From positions 39,494,001-39,558,000 of the forward strand of contig OZ320322.1 of assembly GCA_976226885.1 (NCBI GenBank): 64,000 nucleotides of DNA. The letters run 5' to 3'. The DNA is from Iphione sp. A-MEVVRFRX5. Its lineage: Eukaryota. Under the pieces are notes generated by a model. The model worked only from the letters and a program-made list of their open reading frames with translations, made no database searches and was not told the DNA's origin. Positions 26,950 through 39,425 of the stretch are shown piece after piece (position 1 is the stretch's first letter; every line of letters begins with the position of its first letter). The position numbers and the translations under genes are program-made.

Positions 26950-28550
26950 CAACCTGTGAGCAACCTGGGAAATATTCATGGGTGGTCGTGTTGGTTGTGT
27001 TCCGATGATGAATGATTTAGTTGCGAAGCATTTAAGTCAATTTATGACGAGGCCTCTTCCCAAGGGGACATGTTTTAGGAGAACAGTCGAGAAGGGCAGG
27101 TGCAGTTCTCAGACCCACAGTGTTATCATTACTGTAAACTGCGATGCTGGCTGTACGCCAGGACTGGCATGGTTCTGAACTTTTTCCACATTACTCGTCT
27201 GGCGGATATAATTCCATTATATTGGTTACGGCAGTAATCGTAGTACCTATGAAATTTGTGACGTGGAGCATAGTAAGTGGGTGTGGCAGCTAGGTATAAT
27301 GTTCGGTAACAGGTGATGGGGTGATGCCTCGGGCTGATAGGTTTCTCCTAAACGCATGGTGGTCTGCGGGCACTGAAGAAAAACTGATGACGGGGCATTG
27401 TTTCAGTATGATTTATTAGTATTTGGTAGAATAGTGGGTAGATTGAAGGTATCGGACGTAGTTTTTTTTTTATTCATGGCGATATTGTTGCTAAGTTTAA
27501 CTAGCTGTTAGGCACACATCCCGCCCGTGCATTTTGATTTGTCCTCAATTCATTTGAGTGGCTTGGGAGTTTGATATAAAGAGGAAAGCTGGAAATGCAA
27601 TGGTCCCTGATGCGAATAACACAGTAAACCTGGCGTGGCTGACAATGTCCCCGGATGGTTGCAAAACCGTCGAAGGCGATCACTTTTATAACTGTTTAAA
27701 CTGGTTGAATGGTGAGTGTACTAGTTATAGCCAAGTAATGCCGAAAGTGAGTGTTGATTTCATTTTAAATGGCAATAGCAGCCACATTTGAGACGTTAAA
27801 ATTAATTGAGAAAACATTTGTCATTCGTGAAACGATAATGTGGGCAGTTCATAGTTTGGAGCGGCAGCTAGACGCATAGACTATCTAATGCTTAAATGTT
27901 CTAAGCAATTAACAGTCTGTACTGGTCTGGGTGTTGGGTTTCATCCTCATTGTTTTAAGAGAAAAATTGACTATATCTAAAAAAGCCCCGTGAAGCCTTC
28001 TCGCGTGGGATTTAGTGGACCGGTTTTGGTAGGTTGTTTTCCCTAATAAAAGGAAATAACCGTGTTTGAAGGCAGTGCAGGAAGCAGCGACATACACCTG
28101 GTTTATGTAGCACCAGCAAGAAACAGCAATCTTGATGTTCATGGCTAATGAAGTAGAGTGGGTATTTGCAGTTTGCATGTTATTAGAGTTAAGGCAGTGT
28201 CAGAAGTGTGAAGAGCTGATGGATATTGTTGGGATAGGATTTACAGCGGTTCGGTTGTAGAGATCATGAAGGCATTAGGGGTGTGGGGAATAGAAGGGAT
28301 AGCCTAATGATAATGTTGCCAATTTAACAGGTCTCACGATACCACTGGCGATTTTGTCAGAGATTGACGGACATTTCATTGGTGACATTCGGATCTTATG
28401 ACTTGTCTGAGGAGATACATGTATACTAATGCTAGCGGATTGTGAATATAGTACACCTGGATAAACTTGCTACTGGTGGTCATAGAAATGTAGTTGCAAT
28501 CCTCAGCGGTGTCGGTTTGTCTGGTGGATGTTTGTGTGTTTAGAAGATCC
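26950..28550 (-). mobile_element. Degenerate L2-clade LINE RT region
   Basis: Minus-strand motifs occur in order: AFKHG (~28065), FGIT...NQFK/SYKSDR (~27690-27745), YDYCRNQYNG (~27215-27245), KVQNHAS (~27165-27186) and ELHLP, resembling the L2 LDYCN / LQxVQNxAAR / LHWLP motifs. Confidence 0.55.
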
Positions 28551-29399
28551 TAGTCGTGAAACTAAAAGCGAAATCCAGCTACAAGGGTGAATGGAGGTAG
28601 TTTATGTAGCCTATAGGGCAAATTGTTCAGGTCTCTTGTAATTCAATCCTGAAAACTAATAATCATTATCCCTAATCATACTGCTAAGCCCATCCCCACG
28701 CCTAACCCCATGGCTAACTTGGGACTGTAGCAGCGAATGCTTCACCTCAGAAAGTAAAATTGATAGAGTGAAATATGATGAAAGGCCGGATACCGAGGAG
28801 TGTAGATAGTACAAATCTTGGCGATAATATGTTGTTTCGTTTGACTGACGGCTGAGGAATGTGAGGGCAAAGACCTTTCATGAAAGGTGGCCACACTCAG
28901 TACGACCTGCACTGATCTTAGATTGGTACCAATGGTAACGATTGCGATAACAGTGATGATGGGCTCTGTTTCCGTTGCCAGGGCTAATGATGAGCTGGAT
29001 GGTCATTATCAGAACACGGCCAGATGAGGCTGACTTTCCGACTTCACCGGCTGTGTCTCTGACCGCCAGTATCGCGGAAAAGCCCCCCCCCCCCCCAAAA
29101 AAAAACGCCTTTCTGTATCCGTCGATGTACCCAGCATGACACTTACTTTTCACATTTATTTCCCTCTACTTCTATTTCTTTTCGCGATCCGCCCTTGCCT
29201 GTTGAACCTAAGCTAACTCATCGATTGAAAAACTCCCTCCAGTTTGTGTAGTGTATGCGATCCCATTCTGTAATGTCGTGCGGACACACAGAGCATGCAT
29301 TTTCATTACTAACATCTGAAATTCGTCTTTCGCATGAACAGCATGCATATATCTTCCTGTCGTTATCCCATACCCATGTGGCGCCTACCCTTGCTCGAT

Positions 29400-30096
29400 A
29401 TACCTCCCTAACTTTCCATTATCAGCTCGACTGTTTTGTCGAGCTCCCTATTCATGTCTAATCCTCCAGCCCGTCTATTTCCGTCACAATTGTCTCCCAG
29501 TGGCCGCCGCCGCCGCCTCGTGCACAAGGCGCCAGCACGTCCACCACTTGCTCGGATGAACACACACCGACACCTCCTCCCACGGCCCGCCGCTTCTAAC
29601 ATTACTTACAACAAGACACAAACAAAGCGGCGAGCGCGGCCCAGGTTAGATAGGACATCAGGCGACGGGCAGCGTCTGCGGCAGTGGCATCGGCGGCGGT
29701 GGTGGCGGCGGCAGTGGCTGTAGGGAGGAGGAGGAGGAGGAGGAGGACGTGGAGGAGTTGGGCGGGGAGAGCATCCTCGGTGCAAGCTCATCGCGGCCGC
29801 GCCATTTTTATGCTGTCAGGGACATGCTCTTAAAGGTCAGCAACCTTAAAGCATCGGCTTTGATTTCGGCAATAAGGCATGTATGAAATGCCAATATGAA
29901 CAGCGATAACCTCTCCTGCTGGGCCTTTTTTCGGCCCTCTTCGCCAGTCGGCTTTCAAATCGAGCACGACCTAGGTTAGTGAGCGAGGACGCGATTATCC
30001 GGCCGCATTCCTGTTCGAAATACATAGAGGCAGCAGCAACGGTTATTTCAGTACACGCCATATCGGGCAGATGTTCTGGAGAGCGCGCACGCGCGT

Positions 30097-30187
<91 letters not shown>

Positions 30188-30200
30188 GAGAGAGATTAGG
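29400..30200 (-). promoter_or_regulatory. CpG-rich promoter / first-exon-like island, probably firing on the minus strand
   Basis: It contains an NRF1/ewg-like GCGCGCACGCGCG (30083-95) next to a GAGA tract, a YY1/Pho-like AAAATGGCG on the minus strand (29800-08) and a minus-strand donor TT|GTAAGT (29604-09). The direction is inferred. Confidence 0.45.
30097..30184. repeat. (GA)n microsatellite, ~88 bp
   Basis: A near-perfect GA run with two interruptions. Confidence 0.97.
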
Positions 30201-32829
30201 GGGAGACAGAAAAAACTAGAAGTAAAAAGAAACACACTAAGCGAGAAACTGTGAAAGAGAGCCAAAAACAGAGGAAAAGGGGGAATAGATCCAGGGAGAG
30301 AGACGCGGAAAGAGGAAAGAGAACCATGCAGAGAGAGGAAGTAACCGGAAGAAAGATAGAACGAGGGGTAATGAGGGAGGGACAGGGGGCGGGACAGGAA
30401 AGGATGGTATAGGAAAGGAGATGCAAGCCTTTACCAAAGGCATGACGCCGACCCCGCGCGTGTTCTGGCACGTTAAGCTAAGTCAGCATATAGCTCACCC
30501 CTGCGCAGCGCCAACCGACGGCAGAGCGCCCGGGCTATTAATGTTCCTCTTAGGGCCTGGAGAAAACCGCAATGAGACCACAGTGATTCCTTCATATAGT
30601 TCTCAGGGATGTTTAAGGTAGGCAGAAGATGATGGGGGTTGGAGGTCTAGCTGCTTAGGAAGGTTTCTCCACCAAATGCCTCTTAAAAACCCTTTAGGTT
30701 GCCCAACGGGGGATTTGTGGATCTAGAGGATATGTTGGGAACACATCTAGAATCGCCAAAATTCCTCGTACGTAGTTAACATAGAATTGGAGACAACCGT
30801 CTGGAACACCATCATTACGGTGATTAATATATTCTTCACAATATAACAAGGTTCAGTCAGCACATTCTAGGCGAGTCAGGTAAGTGCCGGCTAGTAGAAA
30901 TTGTGCTGCAAAACCCCATTTGACTGCACTACTTACGCTGTACAATCTGGACAGGAATTTTGCGCATAAGAATGACATCAACCTTTTTGCTTCTCAAAAG
31001 TACAAAATTGTTCTTTCATGTACATGCTTCATAAAATAAGTAATTCTTAGGTGTTGAACAGTCTAGCAAAATCATTTTACCGCCATCTAATTTCCAATAT
31101 TTACTTAACTTCCACTTCGCATTCCACTGCACTATAGGTGACGTACTATGTCTGGGACAATTTCGTTACTTGTTTTATCGATTTTTTAAAAATATGTATT
31201 AGAATCAGACAATAATTTATTTTTAAATACACTTGGTACCATGGAATTTTGTGTTTTACTTTCTTAGATAACGTGGATGGCTGCAATCAAGGGGATTGTA
31301 TTCTTTACATTTTAAGAATCGCAGTTTTCTGTTATATATGTATCTCTACAAAAAGGAAATAACTATAGAGATGTCAACTCCATTATTGTGCTCAGTTTCG
31401 AATTTTTTACTTGAATTAAAATTCCCTTTGGATGTTCTTTTTCTAATCCAATTTTGTAAGATTGTAGAGGTATTGGTAGTGGGTAACCCAAGCTTAATCC
31501 CTGCCGGCGTTGGATATTCGAAAATGATACAATTACTATTCACCGGAGTGTCTTCAGGAGAGCCCTTTTAAGAGGTTCTCTCTTGCTTATTGCAACATTC
31601 ATGACAGCGTATCTCTGTATCGGCCCTATGTATATCATTCTACGACGCTTATCCCCTTTATCACCTGCCCTGGATTCACTACCCTGGAGGGCCTCCCGCT
31701 CACCCAGGGAGGCCTGCACATTTCTTGTAGTACCCTTCTTTGCGTGCGTCGCCATCGATTATTGATGGGAATATATATTTAGGCGCTGGTCGGGACTATG
31801 ATATTGAGAAAGTGGTACTGCGGATAGCTCGTTATTTTTCTTGTACACGGCTGAGATCGAAGACAGAACTTGTGTCATGTGTGCCAGCCGAGAGATATGA
31901 TTGGCTGGTATATATAGAGAGAGACTGGCATGTAGCATGTCCCTGCTTCGTCCTTGCCCCCGCTGGTGCTCACTGCCAACGTGGTGAAGAGAGTAACCAC
32001 AGTAGACCCCACATGCGCCTCCGGTACTGTTACCCACTGCGGTACAACTCCAAATTGAGTCCCGGCCACCTCTGTGACCATGACCATCATTGACACCACT
32101 ACCACTGAGACCACCTCCATTGTACATTCACCACCTACCACTACCTGGGACCAGCCAAAAATACGACAAAATAATGAATATGTTTGGGCATCATTTTGTG
32201 CGAAGAGTGTCTAAATAATCCACCTCGATCCTGAGATATGTCAGTCCGAATCTATTATGGCAACTCTTTTAAAGGCAAGGGGCATATTACTTAATCTTTA
32301 TTTAACAGTAAATGTTACGTATACAACACTTATAAAAATGTGTAAATTAATCTTGAATTTTGATTATCACACAGAACAAATTCAAAAAAGATATTTCTAC
32401 AAGAATTTCAGTTCTAAATAGGACATAATTGACTGATCGCCAGGTATATGTGAAGTGCACTGCAAAGCACTGGACATAGTCCGATGACAATTGCTGTGAA
32501 AAATCAAGATAGTCACTGTCTTGTTAGGCCTAAAAGGCCTATTTTTAGTGGTCCGATTTTAATAAAACGTGTGTCAAATGAAAGCTGAAGTATCTTAGGA
32601 AGACACTAGGCATGTTTTTTCTAGCATGATTTACAAAATAAGTTCCAGTCCTGTAAAGTTAAATTTGGTTAAATTAACGGTTTGATCAGTCTCATGAAAA
32701 ACAACCGAATAAGGTTTTTCACTACTAGATTTTCATTGTCATACGTTTAAAGCCTCTATACATTTGTCCGTGGCTGGTTAAACCTAATTGCTACCACTTG
32801 AACAACTGATCGCCATGGAGCACCCCCAC

Positions 32830-33800
32830 AATCACAGTGATCACGCTCTAGTTCCACCATTACCTGTCACCCAACATCCCCCAGCGTCTACCGCAACGAC
32901 CAATTGCACCAGATAGACTTATTTCCAGGCACGTTTGTGGTACGAACAGGTGCACCACTCTTCATTCTGGGAGGTAGATGCTATGGGGAGCTGAAATCTA
33001 CCTAACACTTGAGTACATGACTGCTTCAGGAGTATGATGCTGAATAGACAACTGATTTGATATTACCAGGATCGAAATTGAATATTTCAGTAGCACAACT
33101 GATAAAATTCGCTTGGTCATTGAGCTGGAGCATCAATGCTTTGGCAGCACAAGCTCTGCAATCCCACTGAACACATGCTGTTGTCTATAGCCAACAAAAC
33201 AACCATCATCTCCAGTACTACAGGCATTATTTTCTTGAACAGATGTCACATACATCCCCGTCCTGGGATCACGTCTTAACTTTTTATTACTGATGGCAAT
33301 CAAAATGGTTGTGTGCAGTTGTATCCTTTACGTGAAATTGGCTGTTTAGATTTTTAGAGAAAATCATTAAGAAACCATCAAATACATCTAGAGAGACTAT
33401 TGTGCTAATAGTGCTTTATTGGAGGTCGCTTTCTTCCTGACATCTGACAGGGGAAACTCAATTTAGTCGTACGTACATCTACATCTACTTGCCCAATGCA
33501 CTGGTAACCTAATTTGTATAACAGGCCGAATTCGGACTTTCTGAATCCAACAAAGAGTAGTGATACCACTGTGACTCACGGGGCTACTTTTTCTGCGCGT
33601 TTGTTAATGGATGCCACGATTTCTTCCAGCATGTCAAATATAGTTCACCTAAACGAGAGACCTTCGCAAATTGTTAGCGACACTGAGTTCAACCATCGTT
33701 AACAAGAGCCATTCAGGAAGTTGTGTAACTCCAAATGCATTTAATATGGATAACAGGTAGAGTTGAAATGGCAAATAGTCCTGCCAACATTTCCTGCAAG
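32830..33800 (-). mobile_element. Probable PIF1-family helicase relic (Helitron/Helentron RepHel-like)
   Basis: The minus strand gives AFGVTQLPE (GDxxQLPP-like, ~33713-33740), NNLRR...IFDMLEEI(RG) and HLPPRMKSGAPVRTTNV...GAIG (LKxGAxVMxxxN...NGxxG-like, ~32900-32980), in PIF1 order, with stops and frameshifts. Confidence 0.4.
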
Positions 33801-36099
33801 AAATTTTTCCGTTGACCTGCAACAGCAGTTCATTTATTGTTATGCAATATTTCTTGCCGATTGACCGGCACTGCCAGGAAATACCCGCAGTACCACATTG
33901 ATGGGGACTACTTGTGAAAGGATATTACACGCGCAAGAACCATGTGAATTGGTGTCAAAATCTTCATGACAAGGCTATATTTTGTATTGTTTTATTTACG
34001 GCCTTTTAGCATAGCTTTTCCTATCAGGTCGTTTCCCAACATAGTAGCAAAATTACGTATAAAAATAGCATTCTAACGACTCGGTGATGCATCAATTTTT
34101 GTTATCTTCTACCTTATGTGCTCGTTCTGACAACTTCAAAATCCCCATATGATGCGCGATGAGACTTCAGTGTCAAAACCACAACAAGATGTTGAATAAC
34201 GGGCGGGGACAAGGTGGATGAGCCGCAAATGTCCACTACATCAACAGTTCCATACCAGTGTGCACAAAAGAGGTGGGACGGGTAGGGGAGCGGGGTCATC
34301 CATGTAATGCGAGAAGACTCCCTGCGTCACCAAAACACCATGTATATGGGAAATCAGAAAAAAAATTATCTCAAGTGAAAGGGGTAGGTGAATTTAAGAC
34401 CACCATTGGAGCCGAAAAGGAACCAGGAACAAACATATTTCTCTGGATTTCGGTGGAGGCTCTGAGAATGGGTGGCAGTTCTGCATGAACGTAAATTGAA
34501 CACGGTACGACGAAGATGGACAGATCGAGGCTACATAGAAAGTGCCTTTCTTGATATACAGAATACCTCTTTATTATGGGGGTCATACATGATACATCTA
34601 TCGTTGGCTGTTTGAAGTACCTTTGGCGCTATCACTCAAGGCACCACGGACTTTATTTTATAGATCATTCACATGATGCGGTGAGGACTATGTAACTCGA
34701 CCATTGTTATTTGCAACGGAAAATTTCAAATAAAACAAATAGATGATATTTTGCATTTCTATATCCTCAGCTTCTGAAAACAGCTCCTTTCCCTTCTCCT
34801 CCCTCTCCTTCTATATTCTCCTTCGTTTATCTTTTCACATTACTTTTGCGCTTCTATTTTTTCATCTCCTTCAAATTCTCATATATTGCTTCTCTCTCCG
34901 TGACTACCTGCCCCTCACTATCTCTCCCTCCCGTTCTTTTCTTTAGGGAGTGCTCACCCACATACATCCCCCACTTACTCACGTACACACCCACTCACTC
35001 ACTTCTATAACCCTCAGAGTTACCAGGGTGCGGCAGGAGGACAGCTACTCGCCGCTTTGTCTGGTCGTCAGTTCCCATTAACCGCCCTCCTTGGCCGACG
35101 GGCGGCCGTCGCTGGCGCTGATAGAGCATCTCTGGACGCCCATTACGGCCGCCGAGCCCAATTGTCTAAGGAAGGTCGGTACAAGTCTCATATTCATCAA
35201 GAACTGATTGTCGCCGCTGCGGTAGGCGACCAGCGGCGGCTGTCGAGGGCCTACTTGAGGCGTTTGTTTGGCCGGAGTCGTCCGTTCCCCGGGCCGGTAG
35301 TTTGCCCAGCTCTTGCCGGTCCATCTCTCGTCCTCGTGTCGAACGGTCTGCTCCCGGTGGCTGTGGGTACCGACCAAGTGACAGTACTCACTCTGCGTAG
35401 GTACATTTTAAGGAGTCCTGCACACACCACTCTAAGTGACCGCCCCTCTCAGCCTCCTGTCCAATCAATCCATCCCTAGGCCCTGTCTCTCTAAAACCAA
35501 TCGTTATACGAGACAAAGTCCTGTTATTCAACTCCACCAGCACCTTTTATCGACCTAGATCTTTATCACAGAGCTAAAGGTCACATTTACAAACTATCCA
35601 CTTCACCAAGTCACCTCAGAATATGCCACTAAAGACTTTGTGTGGATATTATCATGAAATTAAGCTAATCCTTTTCAGTACGTGCTATTCTCGTCATAGA
35701 TACTGTCTTCTGATCATGTTTGGAAAAAAAACTACGTTGTACTGACCCTCTGAAGCCAAGAAAATACTGCTCCTATTTAGTGCAAGCCGCCTTGTGGTGT
35801 ACATGGAATGATCAGCGCCAATCTACATAACCAATTCATACATCTCCTAGCACCATGCCCAACCGTCACCCTCTTCTTATGGTTGTATGTGGGACAAGCA
35901 TTTGAATGACTCATACCAGGGCAGATCGGGTCCCTTATTCATTCTCCCCAAATAGTCGCAATCATTTTAATGTCATTTGAGGCGGATTGTGCTTCTCTCT
36001 TTAGAACTTGCCCTCATTGGTCCGAGTTAAGGAGTTACTAGACTTGCTAATCTCAGAGAAAAACAAGCCAAATGAAATGAATAGCAACGATAGATAGTT

Positions 36100-36400
36100 T
36101 GGGGATAGTCGGTGAATATACCGTGTTTCCTATAGATGAACGTGGACCTTACACGATACTAGCCGCGATAGCATAATCACCGCGCAAATCCCACCTTAGA
36201 ATACGAATCTGTCGATGATTTTTTTCCTTTGGCAGTCTGCGCGGCACTGTGCGTCGTGCACCTCTATTGCAGATAACACTACCTTCAGGTACTTCTTATA
36301 AATCTTGCACCGTAAAAAAAGAGGTCTAGCCTTCACTGATAGCCGGTGCCGTAACAGTTGGATCACCTTATATTCGGCCATTGCGGAACAACGTGTGACC
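36100..36400 (-). mobile_element. Possible RTE-like LINE remnant (post-RT region)
   Basis: ORF 36196-36381 contains LFLRCKIYKKYLKVVLSAIE (KxKIYKxxxxPVLxYxxE-like), followed by LRWDLRG in a shifted frame. This is the only support. Confidence 0.25.
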
Positions 36401-38799
36401 TTTGGTAGTTTTCAGGGGCCTCGCCTAATCACCGGGTGACTCGTACTATGTGAGAGTTAACATGGCTTAGCCATCCCATGCCCTTCAAAAAGACATTTGA
36501 CGACGACGAGGTACAATAACAATTAGTATCGCAGTGCTCGATTATCTGCGATAAAATACCATAAACCCAGCGTCCATATCTTCTTGGAGAATCAAAGCAA
36601 TATTACTCCTCTAGTTTACGCACCTCCTGGTTAGTTCCCTTTCGCCGATAATTGACAAAATACTGTTTTGAAACAACAAATCAATCTTTCTTGGCGTATA
36701 GAACGAAGAACGATGCATTTCCACGAGAAAACATGGCAACTTTCCCAGCCAGCTTATAGCGGGCTATCTCGTTTAAGCCAGTCATGGGTGTAAATGGGAT
36801 TTTTCGTAAGACGTGTGAGCTTTCATTAGCTTAAATACATTTTTTTTCAATAACATCTGTCTGCTTCTTCTCGGTTAGAAATACCTTCCACCCCTCCAGC
36901 AGCCTCAAACCTCTCTCACAGCAGAAACAACTCCAACCACCCACCCACCCTCCCACCTGTCTACCAACCCCGCCCCCCCTTTTTCATCAGCCCTCCTTTA
37001 GTCTCGCACCAAAGCAATACTTTTAAACCAAACCCACAATTCCCCCACACACACTACGAACCACCCTGTAATCCCTCTCTCCCTTGTTCCCCGGTTGAAA
37101 AGTCCATTACCACAGTTTATAGTCGTCTTCTCTGTTGACCAAACTCGCGCTGAATTCATCCTATTGATTTCCCCGAGTGATTACAGATATTTACAAAGTG
37201 TAAATTTGTTGGGCGGAATGGGCCTCTCATAAATACGCATGGCTTGGTCGTGGCTCTAGGGACAACAGGCCTGTTTATCTCCTGCTTTTTCATGTAATAA
37301 TTTGCCACGGATAATTTACTGTGTTGTTTTTATGATGCGATCCAAACATTCATCAACGGCCCTTTATAATATACAGATTGATCTGTCCTCTGTTAAACCT
37401 GTTGATATATCTAATGGGCCTTGCAAAATGTGTTGCGATGAAATCTCAAAGTCAAACCATGAAGTTTTATTTTCACACTTCGCGAACTAGTGAAGTATTT
37501 TCTATTGATCTCAGTTTGAAATATCAGCTTGGCATAAAGCTAAACTGATTTTACGACTTACGTTAAAAATGAATACATGGATAATTCTTTCCGCAGTCTT
37601 GTGGGATATTCCGCTGCCCTTCTCTGTGGAATATAAAAGCATATTTAGTGACCAACTTTTCAAGAGATAAATAGAATTCCATTCCAGTTATATATGGACC
37701 TCATAATTATATTTTAGCTAAGTAACCTTCACATTCTTATGGCTCTCCAGTAAACTAAAGAATATTCCATGAATAAGTCAAACTGAATATATAACACACT
37801 AGAATCAGCCTTTTGATATCTTTTCCTCTCAAACAATCGCCTTTAAGGTCTGCTCCAGAAGCTTCCGGTCTCATATTGAAATGGAATCATTCCTGAATTC
37901 ATGAATAATTGGGCAGTAGTGTTATGGCCCAAGGAATTGAAACTTATAGCAACAAATTGCTGCTGTTGTATTACCTTTACGCTGTGGAGGCGTCTTGTAT
38001 TGCACGTGGGATGATGTATTGCGTAAGTAGCCCCCTAGCTTAGTAATTACCTGCGAGCATTCAGTTGGCAGTGGAAACCAATTACTACCACTTTTGCCGT
38101 ACATCACTTGTCCTGGTCGCAGCCCTTACTGTCTGGTTAGATGCCACCCTCTACACAAAATATATAGACCTATAGAAGCGTTGCTATCCTCCAAGGAGCT
38201 TTCATGTATACCTATGACACTTGCCCATGTGTCACAAGAGATGCGTCTTTCATATGTATATTGTGTGTCTACTTGGTTTGTACATTTTCCGCAGTCGTCC
38301 CCTAGAGAAGTACTTATGTGCATGAATTATAGTGTCCTTTGAGCATCTGTAATCTACAGAAGCACGTGAAAACCGAGCTTATCCATATGAAATGGCAGTA
38401 ATAAGTATTACACACGACAAAGGATTTGATCACATTTCGAGTCATAGCATTATGTCGCTGGACCATCGTCCAACTTGAATTGAATGTATATCGTATTCTT
38501 CTGCATCTGCAACTATACATTGGTGTTGCAAACGTGGCATGTCGCTAATATTTTGATGCCAAACACTTAGTAATAGAATGGTAACTGTCTCCACCACCCT
38601 AGCTCTGTCCGCATCTCACGCTCGACGCAAACATTTATACCAAGATATCATACTATCTGCCAAAATAATTCATAACTCACATGTATTTGTCAATAGCGTC
38701 GCGGTGTTCCCAATACATGTACATGCCTTGCGTCTGGACGAACTATATTTGTTAACAGCCTCTTTCATTTTCAGTATCTCTCATTCATGTCACACAGTA

Positions 38800-39425
38800 A
38801 TCAATGCATGATAACCATTCTCTGAGCGCAAGCACATACATCTTCCACAACCTGGATGATCTCATTTGTACTAGGTCTGTCGAGTTGCCTTTTCCATCGA
38901 TCATAAAGCGTCGGTTGAGCTTTTGCTCCCCAGTTGTTCACATGAACGGCGCCCATCGAACACACATAATCATCAAATCTATGTTCAGGGCACTAAAAAT
39001 TGGAATACTACCACTCAAACCAGAGTCTATTACCAGAGAGGCAGATGGACCTCTACTTCAACAATCAATTCCAAAAAAGGAAATCTACAGAAAGGGTATT
39101 GCCTTCTGAGGAGCTCAGATCTAGAATAAACTTGATCCGATTCTTAGAAGCATTACTGACCCCCTAGACTTTAATAAAAACACTTTTATATGCTGTTATA
39201 CCCTGGATGACAAACTCTACTGAACATTTAGAATGCTATGACCAGATAATCTACCTAAATTCTACTTATCATCTCCTCTTTTTCAAATGTAAATACTATC
39301 ATATCACCTGACAATGTCATTTAATTATCAGATGTTGTCTTGTAAGCACATTCCTTGTAATGTAAACCATCCCCTAGGATGATCGTTGGTATGAATAAAA
39401 TCTATTATTATTATATTATTATTAT
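38800..39425 (+). mobile_element. 3' end of an L2/CR1-like LINE
   Basis: KGIAF*GAQI*NKLDPILRSITDPLDFNK (~39090-39180) resembles the terminal 'GAxLWNxLPxxLR...FK' motif. AATAAA at ~39394 is followed by an (ATT)n tail to 39424. Confidence 0.5.

Noticed and set aside
29831-29850. Nuclear receptor element (AAAGGTCA within an imperfect palindrome)
   Set aside because: A single 8-mer with a non-canonical partner half-site is expected by chance in 64 kb.
29846-30265. The full 139-aa ORF as a protein
   Set aside because: The first 68 codons are the (CT)n microsatellite read as SL repeats. Only the part from ATG 30061 is considered.
32270-32760. Kolobok-like non-autonomous DNA transposon
   Set aside because: The subterminal-looking AT-rich sequence is there, but I could not find matching TIRs with a TTAA TSD.
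37300-38400. LINE endonuclease remnant on the minus strand
   Set aside because: There are only faint hints (KVVVIGF, RYQKAD), too weak to call.
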